Of a DNA stretch of 64,000 nucleotides, positions 29,000 to 43,900 are shown piece after piece. The translations under genes and the position numbers were made by a program. Below the pieces are notes generated by a model. It was not told the origin of the DNA, did not search any database, and saw nothing but the letters and a program-made list of their open reading frames with translations. Every line of letters starts with the position of its first letter. Within the stretch, counting starts at the first letter, position 1. This stretch comes from Eledone cirrhosa (lineage: Eukaryota): NCBI GenBank assembly GCA_964016885.1, contig OZ024743.1, positions 174,778,001 through 174,842,000 of the forward strand, read 5' to 3'.

Positions 29000-31900
29000 G
29001 ATGTAGGTAGTCTTTGATATACTGTACATGTTATATAGGATGTAGGTAGTCTTTGATATACTGTACCTGTTATATAGGATGTAGGTAGTCTTTGATATAC
29101 TGTACCTGTTATATAGGATGTAGGTAGTCTTTGATATACTGTACCTGTTATATAGGATGTAGGTAGTCTTTGATATACTGTACATGTTATATAGGATGTA
29201 GGTAGTCTTTGATATACTGTACCTGTTACATAGGATGTAGGTAGTCTTTGATATACTGTACCTGTTACATAGGATGTAGGTAGTCTTTCATATACTGTAC
29301 CTGTTATATAGGATGTAGGTAGTCTTTGATATACTGTACCTGTTATATAGGATGTAGGTAGTCTTTGATATACTGTACCTGCTATATAGGATGTAGGTAG
29401 TCTTTGATATACTGTACATGTTATATAGGATGTAGGTAGTCTTTGATATACTGTACCTGTTATATAGGATGTAGGTAGTCTTTGATATACTGTACCTGTT
29501 ATATAGGATGTAGGTAGTCTTTGATATACTGTACCTGTTATATAGGATGTAGGTAGTGTTTGATATACTCTACATGTTATATAGGATGTAGGTAGTCTTT
29601 GATATACTGTACCTGTTACATAGGATGTAGGTAGTCTTTGATATACTGTACCTGTTACATAGGATGTAGGTAGTCTTTCATATACTGTACCTGTTATATA
29701 GGATGTAGGTAGTCTTTGATATACTGTACCTGTTATATAGGATGTAGGTAGTCTTTGATATACTGTACCTATTATATAGGATGTAGGTAGTCTTTGATAT
29801 ACTGTACCTGTTATATAGGATGTAGGTAGTCTTTGATATACTGTACCTGTTATATAGGATGTAGGTAGTCTTTGATATACTGTACCTGTTATATAGGATG
29901 TAGGTAGTCTTTGATATACTGTACCTATTATATAGGATGTAGGTAGTCTTTGATATACTGTACCTGTTATATAGGATGTAGGTAGTCTTTGATATACTGT
30001 ACCTGTTATATAGGATGTAGGTAGTCTTTGATATACTGTACCTGTTATATAGGATGTAGGTAGTGTTTGATATACTGTACCTGTTATATAGGATGTAGGT
30101 AGTCTTTGATATACTGTACCTGTTATATGAGATATAGGAAGTCTTTGATATACTGTACCTGTTATATAGGATGTCGGTAGTCTTTGATATACTGTACCTG
30201 TTATATGAAATGTAGGAAGTCTTTGATATACTGTACCTGTTATATAGGATGTAATTAGTCTTTGATATACTGTACCTGTTATATAGGATGTCGGTAGTCT
30301 TTGATATACTGTACCTGTTATATAGGATGTAGGTAGTCTTTGATATACTGTACCTCTAATATAGGATGTAGGTAGTCTTTGATATACTGTACCTGTTATA
30401 TAGGATGTAGGTAGTCTTTGATATACTGTACCTCTAATATAGGATGTAGGTAGTCTTTGATATACTGTACCTGTTATATAGGATGTAGGTAGTCTTTGAT
30501 ATACTGTACTTGTTATATAGGATGTAGGTAGTCTTTGATATACTATACCTGTTATATAGGATGTAGTCTTTGATATACTGTACCTGTTATATAGGATGTA
30601 GGTAGTCTTTGATATACTGTACCTGTTATATGAGATGTAGGAAGTCTTTGATATACTGTACTTGTTATATAGGATGTAGGTAGTGTTTGATATACTGTAC
30701 CTGTTATATAGGATGTAGGTAGTCTTTGATATACTGTACCTGTTATATAGGATGTAGGTAGTCTTTGATATACTGTACCTGTTATATAGGATGTAGGTAG
30801 TCTTTGATATACTGTACCTGTTATATAGGATGTAGGTAGTCTTTGATATACTGTACCTGTTATATAGGATGTAGGTAGTGTTTGATATACTGTACCTGTT
30901 ATATAGGATGTAGGTAGTCTTTGATATACTTTACCTGTTATATAGGATGTAGGTAGTCTTTGATATACTGTACCTGTTATATAGGATGTAGGTAGTCTTT
31001 GATATACTGTACCTGTTATATAGGATGTAGGTAGTCTTTGATATACTGTACCTGTTATATAGGATGTAGGAAGTCTTTCATATGCTGTACCTGTTATATA
31101 GGATGTAGGTAGTCTTTGATATACTGTACCTGTTATATAGGATGTAGGTAGTCTTTGATATACTGTACCTGTTATATAGGATGTAGGTAGTCTTTGATAT
31201 ACTGTACCTGTTATATAGGATGTAGGTAGTCTTTGATATACTGTACCTGTTATATAGGATGTAGGTAGTCTTTGATATACTGTACCTGTTATATAGGATG
31301 TAGGTAGTCTTTGATATACTGTACCTGTTACAGAGGATGTAGGTAGTCTTTGATATACTGTACCTGTTATATAGGATGTAGGTAGTCTTTGATATACTGT
31401 ACCTGTTATATAGGATGTAGGTAGTCTTTGATATACTGTACCTGTTATATAGGATGTAGGTAGTCTTTGATATACTGTACCTGTTATATAGGATGTAGGT
31501 AGTCTTTGATATACTGTACCTGTTATATAGGATGTAGGTAGTCTTTGATATACTGTACCTGTTATATAGGATGTAGGTAGTCTTTGATATACTGTACCTG
31601 TTATATAGGATGTAGGTAGTCTTTGATATACTGTACCTGTTATATAGGATGTAGGTAGTCTTTGATATACTGTACCTGTTATATAGGATGTAGGTAGTCT
31701 TTGATATACTGTACCTGTTATATAGGATGTAGGTAGTCTTTGATATACTGTACCTGTTATATGAGATATAGGAAGTCTTTGATATACTGTACCTGTTATA
31801 TAGGATGTCGGTAGTCTTTGATATACTGTACCTGTTATATGAAATGTAGGAAGTCTTTGATATACTGTACCTGTTATATAGGATGTAATTAGTCTTTGAT

Positions 31901-34900
31901 ATACTGTACCTGTTATATAGGATGTCGGTAGTCTTTGATATACTGTACCTGTTATATAGGATGTAGGTAGTCTTTGATATACTGTACCTCTAATATAGGA
32001 TGTAGGTAGTCTTTGATATACTGTACCTGTTATATAGGATGTAGGTAGTCTTTGATATACTGTACTTGTTATATAGGATGTAGGTAGTCTTTGATATACT
32101 ATACCTGTTATATAGGATGTAGTCTTTGATATACTGTACCTGTTATATAGGATGTAGGTAGTCTTTGATATACTGTACCTGTTATATGAGATGTAGGAAG
32201 TCTTTGATATACTGTACTTGTTATATAGGATGTAGGTAGTGTTTGATATACTGTACCTGTTATATAGGATGTAGGTAGTCTTTGATATACTGTACCTGTT
32301 ATATAGGATGTAGGTAGTCTTTGATATACTGTACCTGTTATATAGGATGTAGGTAGTCTTTGATATACTGTACCTGTTATATAGGATGTAGGTAGTCTTT
32401 GATATACTGTACCTGTTATATAGGATGTAGGTAGTGTTTGATATACTGTACCTGTTATATAGGATGTAGGTAGTCTTTGATATACTTTACCTGTTATATA
32501 GGATGTAGGTAGTCTTTGATATACTGTACCTGTTATATAGGATGTAGGTAGTCTTTGATATACTGTACCTGTTATATAGGATGTAGGTAGTCTTTGATAT
32601 ACTGTACCTGTTATATAGGATGTAGGTAGTGTTTGATATACTGTACCTGTTATATAGGATGTAGGTAGTCTTTGATATACTGTACCTGTTATATGAGATG
32701 TAGGAAGTCTTTGATATACTCTACCTGTTATATGAGATGTAGGAAGTCTTTGATATGCTGTACCTGTTATATAGGATGTAGGTAGTCTTTGATATACTGT
32801 ACCTGTTATATAGGATGTAGGTAGTCTTTGATATACTGTACCTGTTATATAGGATGTAGGTAGTCTTTGATATACAGTACCTGTTATATAGGATGTAGGT
32901 AGTCTTTGATATACTGTACCTGTTATATAGGATGTAGGTAGTCTTTGATATACTGTACCTGTTATATAGGATGTAGGTAGTCTTTGATATACTGTACCTG
33001 TTACAGAGGATGTAGGTAGTCTTTGATATACTGTACCTGTTATATAGGATGTAGGTAGTCTTTGATATACTGTACCTGTTATATAGGATGTAGGTAGTCT
33101 TTGATATACTGTACCTGTTATATAGGATGTAGGTAGTCTTTGATATACTGTACCTGTTATATAGGATGTAGGTAGTCTTTGATATACTGTACCTGTTATA
33201 TAGGATGTAGGTAGTCTTTGATATACTGTACCTGTTATATAGGATGTAGGTAGTCTTTGATATACTGTACCTGTTATATAGGATGTAGGTAGTCTTTGAT
33301 ATACTGTACCTGTTATATGGGATGTAGGTAGTCTTTGATATACTGTACCTGTTATATAGGATGTAGGTAGTCTTTGATATACTGTACCTGTTATATCGGA
33401 TGTAGGTAGTCTTTGATATACTGTACCTATTATATAGGATGTAGGTAGTCTTTGATATACTGTACCTGTTATATAGGATGTAGGTAGTCTTTGATATACT
33501 GTACCTGTTATATAGGATGTAGGTAGTCTTTGATATACTGTACCTGTTATATAGGATGTAGGTAGTCTTTGATATACTGTACCTGTTATATAGGATGTAG
33601 GTAGTCTTTGAAATACTGTACCTATTATATGAGATGTAGGAAGTCTTTCATATACTGTACCTGTTATATAGGATGTAGGTAGTCTTTGATATACTGTACC
33701 TGTTATATAGGATGTAGGTAGTCTTTGATACACTGTACCTGTTAAATAGGATGTAGGTAGTCTTTGATATACTGTACCTGTTATATAGGATGTTGGTAGT
33801 CTTTGATATACTGTACCTGTTATATAGGATGTAGGTAGTCTTTGATATACTGTACCTGTTATATAGGATATAGGTAGTCTTTGATATACTGTACCTGTTA
33901 TATATGATGTAGGTAGTCTTTGATATACTGTACCTGTTACATAGGATGTAGGTAGTCTTTGATATACTGTATCTGTTATACAGGATGTATGTAGTCTTTG
34001 GTATACTGTACCTGTTACATAGGATGTAGGTAGTCTTTGATATACTGTACCTGTTATATAGGATGTAGGTAGTCTTTGATATACTGTACCTGTTATATAG
34101 GATGTAGGTAGTCTTTGATATACTGTACCTGTTATATAGGATGTAGGTAGTCTTTGATATACTGTAGCTGTTATATAGGATATAGGTAGTCTTTGATATA
34201 CTGTACCTGTTATATAGGATGTAGGTAGTCTTTGATATACTGTACCTGTTATATAGGATGTAGGTAGTCTTTGATATACTGTACCTGTTATATAGGATGT
34301 AGGTAGTCTTTGATATACTGTACCTGTTATATAGGATGTAGGTAGTCTTTGATATACTGTACCTGTTATATAGGATGTAGGTAGTCTTTGATATACTGTA
34401 CCTATTATATGAGATGTAGGAAGTTTTTGATATACTGTACCTGTTATATAGGATGTAGGTAGTCTTTGATATACTGTACCTGTTATATAGGATGTAGGTA
34501 GTCTTTGATATACTATACCTGTTATATAGGATGTAGTCTTTGATATACTGTACCTGTTATATAGGATGTAGGTAGTCTTTGATATACTGTACCTGTTATA
34601 TGAGATGTAGGAAGTCTTTGATATACTGTACTTGTTATATAGGATGTAGGTAGTCCTTGATATACTGTACCTGTTATATAGGATGTAGGTAGTCTTTGAT
34701 ATACTGTACCTCTTATATAGGATGTAGGTAGTCTTTGATATACTGTACCTGTTATATAGGATGTAGGTAGTCTTTGATATACTGTACCTGTTATATAGGA
34801 TGTAGGTAGTCTTTGATATACTGTACCTCTTATATAGGATGTAGGTAGTCTTTGATATACTGTACCTGTTATATAGGATGTAGGTAGTCTTTGATATACT

Positions 34901-37900
34901 GTACCTGTTATATAGGATGTCGGTAGTCTTTGATATACTGTACCTGTTATATGACATGTAGGAAGTCTTTGATATACTGTACCTGTTATATGACATGTAG
35001 GAAGTCTTTGATATACTGTACCTTTTATATAGGATGTAGGTAGTCTTTGATATACTGTACCTGTTATATAGGATGTAGGTAGTCTTTGATATACTGTACC
35101 TGTTATATAGGATGTAGGTAGTGTTTGATATACTGTACCTGTTACATAGGATGTATGTAGTCTTTGATATACTGTACCTGTTACATAGGTTGTAGGTAGT
35201 CTTTGATATACTGTACCTGTTATATAGGATGTATGTAGTCTTTGATATACTGTACCTGTTATATAGGATGTAGGTAGTCTTTGATATACTGTACCTGTTA
35301 TATAGGATGTAGGTAGTCTTTGATATACTGTACCTGTTATATAGGATGTCGGTAGTCTTTGATATACTGTACCTGTTATATAGGGTGTAGGTAGTCATTG
35401 ATATACTGTACCTGTTATATATGATGTAGGTAGTCTTTGATATACTGTACCTGTTATATAGGATGTAGGTAGTCTTTGATATACTGTACCTGTTATATAG
35501 GATGTAGGTAGTCTTTGATATACTGTACCTGTTATATAGGATGTAGGTAGTCTTTGATATACTGTACCTGTTATATAGGATGTAGGTAGTCTTTGATATA
35601 CTGTACCTGTTATATAGGATGTAGGTAGTCTTTGATATACTGTACCTGTTATATAGGATGTAGGTAGTCTTTGATATACTGTACCTGTTATATAGGATGT
35701 AGGTAGTCTTTGATATACTGTACCTGTTATATAGGATGTAGGTAGTCTTTGAAATACTGTACCTATTATATGAGATGTAGGAAGTCTTTCATATACTGTA
35801 CCTGTTATATAGGATGTAGGTAGTCTTTGATATACTGTACCTGTTATATAGGATGTAGGTAGTCTTTGATATACTGTACATGTTATATAGGATGTAGGTA
35901 GTCTTTGATATACTGTACCTGTTACATAGGATGTAGGTAGTCTTTGATATACTGTACCTGTTACATAGGATGTAGGTAGTCTTTCATATACTGTACCTGT
36001 TATATAGGATGTAGGTAGTCTTTGATATACTGTACCTGTTATATAGGATGTAGGTAGTCTTTGATATACTGTACCTATTATATAGGATGTAGGTAGTCTT
36101 TGATATACTGTACCTGTTATATAGGATGTAGGTAGTCTTTGATATACTGTACCTGTTATATAGGATGTAGGTAGTCTTTGATATACTGTACCTGTTACAT
36201 AGGATGTAGGTAGTCTTTGATATACTGTACCTGTTATACAGGATGTATGTAGTCTTTGGTATACTGTACCTGTTACATAGGATGTAGGTAGTCTTTGATA
36301 TACTGTACCTGTTATATAGGATGTAGGTAGTCTTTGATATACTGTACCTGTTATATAGGATGTAGGTAGTCTTTGATATACTGTACCTGTTATATAGGAT
36401 GTAGGTAGTCTTTGATATACTGTAGCTGTTATATAGGATGTAGGTAGTCTTTGATATACTGTACCTGTTATATAGGATGTAGGTAGTCTTTGATATACTG
36501 TACCTGTTATATAGGATGTAGGTAGTCTTTGATATACTGTACCTGTTATATAGGATGTAGGTAGTCTTTGATATACTGTACCTGTTATATAGGATGTAGG
36601 TAGTCTTTGATATACTGTACCTGTTATATAGGATGTAGGTAGTCTTTGATATACTGTACCTATTATATGAGATGTAGGAAGTTTTTGATATACTGTACCT
36701 GTTATATAGGATGTAGGTAGTCTTTGATATACTGTACCTGTTATATAGGATGTAGGTAGTCTTTGATATACTATACCTGTTATATAGGATGTAGTCTTTG
36801 ATATACTGTACCTGTTATATAGGATGTAGGTTGTCTTTGATATACTGTACCTGTTATATGAGATGTAGGAAGTCTTTGATATACTGTACTTGTTATATAG
36901 GATGTAGGTAGTCCTTGATATACTGTACCTGTTATATAGGATGTAGGTAGTCTTTGATATACTGTACCTCTTATATAGAATGTAGGTAGTCTTTGATATA
37001 CTGTACCTGTTATATAGGATGTAGGTAGTCTTTGATATACTGTACCTGTTATATAGGATGTAGGTAGTCTTTGATATACTGTACCTCTTATATAGGATGT
37101 AGGTAGTCTTTGATATACTGTACCTGTTATATAGGATGTAGGTAGTCTTTGATATACTGTACCTGTTATATAGGATGTCGGTAGTCTTTGATATACTGTA
37201 CCTGTTATATGACATGTAGGAAGTCTTTGATATACTGTACCTGTTATATGACATGTAGGAAGTCTTTGATATACTGTACCTTTTATATAGGATGTAGGTA
37301 GTCTTTGATATACTGTACCTGTTATATAGGATGTAGGTAGTCTTTGATATACTGTACCTGTTATATAGGATGTAGGTAGTGTTTGATATACTGTACCTGT
37401 TACATAGGATGTATGTAGTCTTTGATATACTGTACCTGTTACATAGGTTGTAGGTAGTCTTTGATATACTGTACCTGTTATATAGGATGTAGGTAGTCTT
37501 TGATATACTGTACCTGTTATATAGGATGTAGGTAGTCTTTGATATAATGTACCTGTTATATAGGATGTAGATAGTCTTTGATATACTGTACCTGTTATAT
37601 AGGATGTAGGTAGTCTTTGATATACTGTACCTGTTATATAGGATGTCGGTAGTCTTTGATATACTGTACCTGTTATATAGGATGTAGGTTGTCTTTGCTA
37701 TACTCTACCTGTTATATATGATGTAGGTAGTCTTTGATATACTGTACCTGTTATATAGGATGTATGTAGTCTTTGATATACTGTACCTGTTATATAGGAT
37801 GTAGGTAGTCTTTGATATACTGTACCTGTTATATAGGATGTAGGTAGTCTTTGATATACTGTACCTGTTATATAGGATGTCGGTAGTCTTTGATATACTG

Positions 37901-40900
37901 TACCTGTTATATAGGGTGTAGGTAGTCATTGATATACTGTACCTGTTATATATGATGTAGGTAGTCTTTGATAAACTGTACCTGTTACATAGGATGTATG
38001 TAGTCTTTGATATACTGTACCTGTTATATAGGATGTAGGTAGTCTTTGATATACTGTACCTGTTATATAGGATGTAGGTAGTCTTTGATATACTGTACCT
38101 GTTATATAGGATGTAGGTAGTCTTTGATATACTGTACCTGTTATATAGGATGTAGGTAGTCTTTGATATACTGTACCTGTTATATAGGATGTAGGTAGTC
38201 TTTGATATACTGTACCTGTTATATAGGATGTAGGTAGTCTTTGATATACTGTACATGTTATATAGGATGTAGGTAGTCTTTGATATACTGTACCTGTTAC
38301 ATAGGATGTAGGTAGTCTTTGATATACTGTACCTGTTACATAGGATGTAGGTAGTCTTTCATATACTGTACCTGTTATATAGGATGTAGGTAGTCTTTGA
38401 TATACTGTACCTGTTATATAGGATGTAGGTAGTCTTTGATATACTGTACCTGCTATATAGGATGTAGGTAGTCTTTGATATACTGTACATGTTATATAGG
38501 ATGTAGGTAGTCTTTGATATACTGTACCTGTTATATAGGATGTAGGTAGTCTTTGATATACTGTACCTGTTATATAGGATGTAGGTAGTCTTTGATATAC
38601 TGTACCTGTTATATAGGATGTAGGTAGTGTTTGATATACTCTACATGTTATATAGGATGTAGGTAGTCTTTGATATACTGTACCTGTTACATAGGATGTA
38701 GGTAGTCTTTGATATACTGTACCTGTTACATAGGATGTAGGTAGTCTTTCATATACTGTACCTGTTATATAGGATGTAGGTAGTCTTTGATATACTGTAC
38801 CTGTTATATAGGATGTAGGTAGTCTTTGATATACTGTACCTATTATATAGGATGTAGGTAGTCTTTGATATACTGTACCTGTTATATAGGATGTAGGTAG
38901 TCTTTGATATACTGTACCTGTTATATAGGATGTAGGTAGTCTTTGATATACTGTACCTGTTATATAGGATGTAGGTAGTCTTTGATATACTGTACCTATT
39001 ATATAGGATGTAGGTAGTCTTTGATATACTGTACCTGTTATATAGGATGTAGGTAGTCTTTGATATACTGTACCTGTTATATAGGATGTAGGTAGTCTTT
39101 GATATACTGTACCTGTTATATAGGATGTAGGTAGTGTTTGATATACTGTACCTGTTATATAGGATGTAGGTAGTCTTTGATATACTGTACCTGTTATATG
39201 AGATATAGGAAGTCTTTGATATACTGTACCTGTTATATAGGATGTCGGTAGTCTTTGATATACTGTACCTGTTATATGAAATGTAGGAAGTCTTTGATAT
39301 ACTGTACCTGTTATATAGGATGTAATTAGTCTTTGATATACTGTACCTGTTATATAGGATGTCGGTAGTCTTTGATATACTGTACCTGTTATATAGGATG
39401 TAGGTAGTCTTTGATATACTGTACCTCTAATATAGGATGTAGGTAGTCTTTGATATACTGTACCTGTTATATAGGATGTAGGTAGTCTTTGATATACTGT
39501 ACTTGTTATATAGGATGTAGGTAGTCTTTGATATACTATACCTGTTATATAGGATGTAGTCTTTGATATACTGTACCTGTTATATAGGATGTAGGTAGTC
39601 TTTGATATACTGTACCTGTTATATGAGATGTAGGAAGTCTTTGATATACTGTACTTGTTATATAGGATGTAGGTAGTGTTTGATATACTGTACCTGTTAT
39701 ATAGGATGTAGGTAGTCTTTGATATACTGTACCTGTTATATAGGATGTAGGTAGTCTTTGATATACTGTACCTGTTATATAGGATGTAGGTAGTCTTTGA
39801 TATACTGTACCTGTTATATAGGATGTAGGTAGTCTTTGATATACTGTACCTGTTATATAGGATGTAGGTAGTGTTTGATATACTGTACCTGTTATATAGG
39901 ATGTAGGTAGTCTTTGATATACTTTACCTGTTATATAGGATGTAGGTAGTCTTTGATATACTGTACCTGTTATATAGGATGTAGGTAGTCTTTGATATAC
40001 TGTACCTGTTATATAGGATGTAGGTAGTCTTTGATATACTGTACCTGTTATATAGGATGTAGGTAGTGTTTGATATACTGTACCTGTTATATAGGATGTA
40101 GGTAGTCTTTGATATACTGTACCTGTTATATGAGATGTAGGAAGTCTTTGATATACTCTACCTGTTATATGAGATGTAGGAAGTCTTTGATATACTGTAC
40201 CTGTTATATAGGATGTAGGTAGTCTTTGATATACTGTACCTGTTATATAGGATGTAGGTAGTCTTTGATATACTGTACCTGTTATATAGGATGTAGGTAG
40301 TCTTTGATATACTGTACCTGTTATATAGGATGTAGGTAGTCTTTGATATACTGTACCTGTTATATAGGATGTAGGTAGTCTTTGATATACTGTACCTGTT
40401 ACAGAGGATGTAGGTAGTCTTTGATATACTGTACCTGTTATATAGGATGTAGGTAGTCTTTGATATACTGTACCTGTTATATAGGATGTAGGTAGTCTTT
40501 GATATACTGTACCTGTTATATAGGATGTAGGTAGTCTTTGATATACTGTACCTGTTATATAGGATGTAGGTAGTCTTTGATATACTGTACCTGTTATATA
40601 GGATGTAGGTAGTCTTTGATATACTGTACCTGTTATATAGGATGTAGGTAGTCTTTGATATACTGTACCTGTTATATAGGATGTAGGTAGTCTTTGATAT
40701 ACTGTACCTGTTATATAGGATGTAGGTAGTCTTTGATATACTGTACCTGTTATATAGGATGTAGGTAGTCTTTGATATACTGTACCTGTTATATGAGATA
40801 TAGGAAGTCTTTGATATACTGTACCTGTTATATAGGATGTCGGTAGTCTTTGATATACTGTACCTGTTATATGAAATGTAGGAAGTCTTTGATATACTGT

Positions 40901-43900
40901 ACCTGTTATATAGGATGTAATTAGTCTTTGATATACTGTACCTGTTATATAGGATGTCGGTAGTCTTTGATATACTGTACCTGTTATATAGGATGTAGGT
41001 AGTCTTTGATATACTGTACCTCTAATATAGGATGTAGGTAGTCTTTGATATACTGTACCTGTTATATAGGATGTAGGTAGTCTTTGATATACTGTACTTG
41101 TTATATAGGATGTAGGTAGTCTTTGATATACTATACCTGTTATATAGGATGTAGTCTTTGATATACTGTACCTGTTATATAGGATGTAGGTAGTCTTTGA
41201 TATACTGTACCTGTTATATGAGATGTAGGAAGTCTTTGATATACTGTACTTGTTATATAGGATGTAGGTAGTGTTTGATATACTGTACCTGTTATATAGG
41301 ATGTAGGTAGTCTTTGATATACTGTACCTGTTATATAGGATGTAGGTAGTCTTTGATATACTGTACCTGTTATATAGGATGTAGTTAGTCTTTGATATAC
41401 TGTACCTGTTATATAGGATGTAGGTAGTCTTTGATATACTGTACCTGTTATATAGGATGTAGGTAGTGTTTGATATACTGTACCTGTTATATAGGATGTA
41501 GGTAGTCTTTGATATACTTTACCTGTTATATAGGATGTAGGTAGTCTTTGATACACTGTACCTGTTATATAGGATGTAGGTAGTCTTTGATATACTGTAC
41601 CTGTTATATAGGATGTAGGTAGTCTTTGATATACTGTACCTGTTATATAGGATGTAGGTAGTGTTTGATATACTGTACCTGTTATATAGGATGTAGGTAG
41701 TCTTTGATATACTGTACCTGTTATATGAGATGTAGGAAGTCTTTGATATACTCTACCTGTTATATGAGATGTAGGAAGTCTTTGATATGCTGTACCTGTT
41801 ATATAGGATGTAGGTAGTCTTTGATATACTGTACCTGTTATATAGGATGTAGGTAGTCTTTGATATACTGTACCTGTTATATAGGATGTAGGTAGTCTTT
41901 GATATACTGTACCTGTTATATAGGATGTAGGTAGTCTTTGATATACTGTACCTGTTATATAGGATGTAGGTAGTCTTTGATATACTGTACCTGTTATATA
42001 GGATGTAGGTAGTCTTTGATATACTGTACCTGTTACAGAGGATGTAGGTAGTCTTTGATATACTGTACCTGTTATATAGGATGTAGGTAGTCTTTGATAT
42101 ACTGTACCTGTTATATAGGATGTAGGTAGTCTTTGATATACTGTACCTGTTATATAGGATGTAGGTAGTCTTTGATATACTGTACCTGTTATATAGGATG
42201 TAGGTAGTCTTTGATATACTGTACCTGTTATATAGGATGTAGGTAGTCTTTGATATACTGTACCTGTTATATAGGATGTAGGTAGTCTTTGATATACTGT
42301 ACCTGTTATATAGGATGTAGGTAGTCTTTGATATACTGTACCTGTTATATAGGATGTAGGTAGTCTTTGATATACTGTACCTGTTATATAGGATGTAGGT
42401 AGTCTTTGATATACTGTACCTGTTATATAGGATGTAGGTAGTCTTTGATATACTGTACATGTTATATAGGTTGTAGGTAGTCTTTGATATACTGTACCTG
42501 TTACATAGGATGTAGGTAGTCTTTGATATACTGTACCTGTTACATAGGATGTAGGTAGTCTTTCATATACTGTACCTATTATATGAGATGTAGGAAGTCT
42601 TTCATATACTGTACCTGTTATATAGGATGTAGGTAGTCTTTGATATACTGTACCTGTTATATAGGATGTAGGTAGTCTTTGATACACTGTACCTGTTAAA
42701 TAGGATGTAGGTAGTCTTTGATATACTGTACCTGTTATATAGGATGTTGGTAGTCTTTGATATACTGTACCTGTTATATAGGATGTAGGTAGTCTTTGAT
42801 ATACTGTACCTGTTATATAGGATATAGGTAGTCTTTGATATACTGTACCTGTTATATATGATGTAGGTAGTCTTTGATATACTGTACCTGTTATATAGGA
42901 TGTAGGTAGACTTTGATATACTGTACCTGTTATATAGGATGTAGGTAGTCTTTGATATACTGTACCTGTTACATAGGATGTAGGTAGTCTTTGATATACT
43001 GTATCTGTTATACAGGATGTATGTAGTCTTTGGTATACTGTACCTGTTACATAGGATGTAGGTAGTCTTTGATATACTGTACCTGTTATATAGGATGTAG
43101 GTAGTCTTTGATATACTGTACCTGTTATATAGGATGTAGGTAGTCTTTGATATACTGTACCTGTTATATAGGATGTAGGTAGTCTTTGATATACTGTAGC
43201 TGTTATATAGGATATAGGTAGTCTTTGATATACTGTACCTGTTATATAGGATGTAGGTAGTCTTTGATATACTGTACCTGTTATATAGGATGTAGGTAGT
43301 CTTTGATATACTGTACCTGTTATATAGGATGTAGGTAGTCTTTGATATACTGTACCTGTTATATAGGATGTAGGTAGTCTTTGATATACTGTACCTATTA
43401 TATGAGATGTAGGAAGTTTTTGATATACTGTACCTGTTATATAGGATGTAGGTAGTCTTTGATATACTGTACCTGTTATATAGGATGTAGGTAGTCTTTG
43501 ATATACTATACCTGTTATATAGGATGTAGTCTTTGATATACTGTACCTGTTATATAGGATGTAGGTAGTCTTTGATATACTGTACCTGTTATATGAGATG
43601 TAGGAAGTCTTTGATATACTGTACTTGTTATATAGGATGTAGGTAGTCCTTGATATACTGTACCTGTTATATAGGATGTAGGTAGTCTTTGATATACTGT
43701 ACCTCTTATATAGGATGTAGGTATTCTTTGATATACTGTACCTGTTATATAGGATGTAGGTAGTCTTTGATATACTGTACCTGTTATATAGGATGTAGGT
43801 AGTCTTTGATATACTGTACCTCTTATATAGGATGTAGGTAGTCTTTGATATACTGTACCTGTTATATAGGATGTAGGTAGTCTTTGATATACTGTACCTG

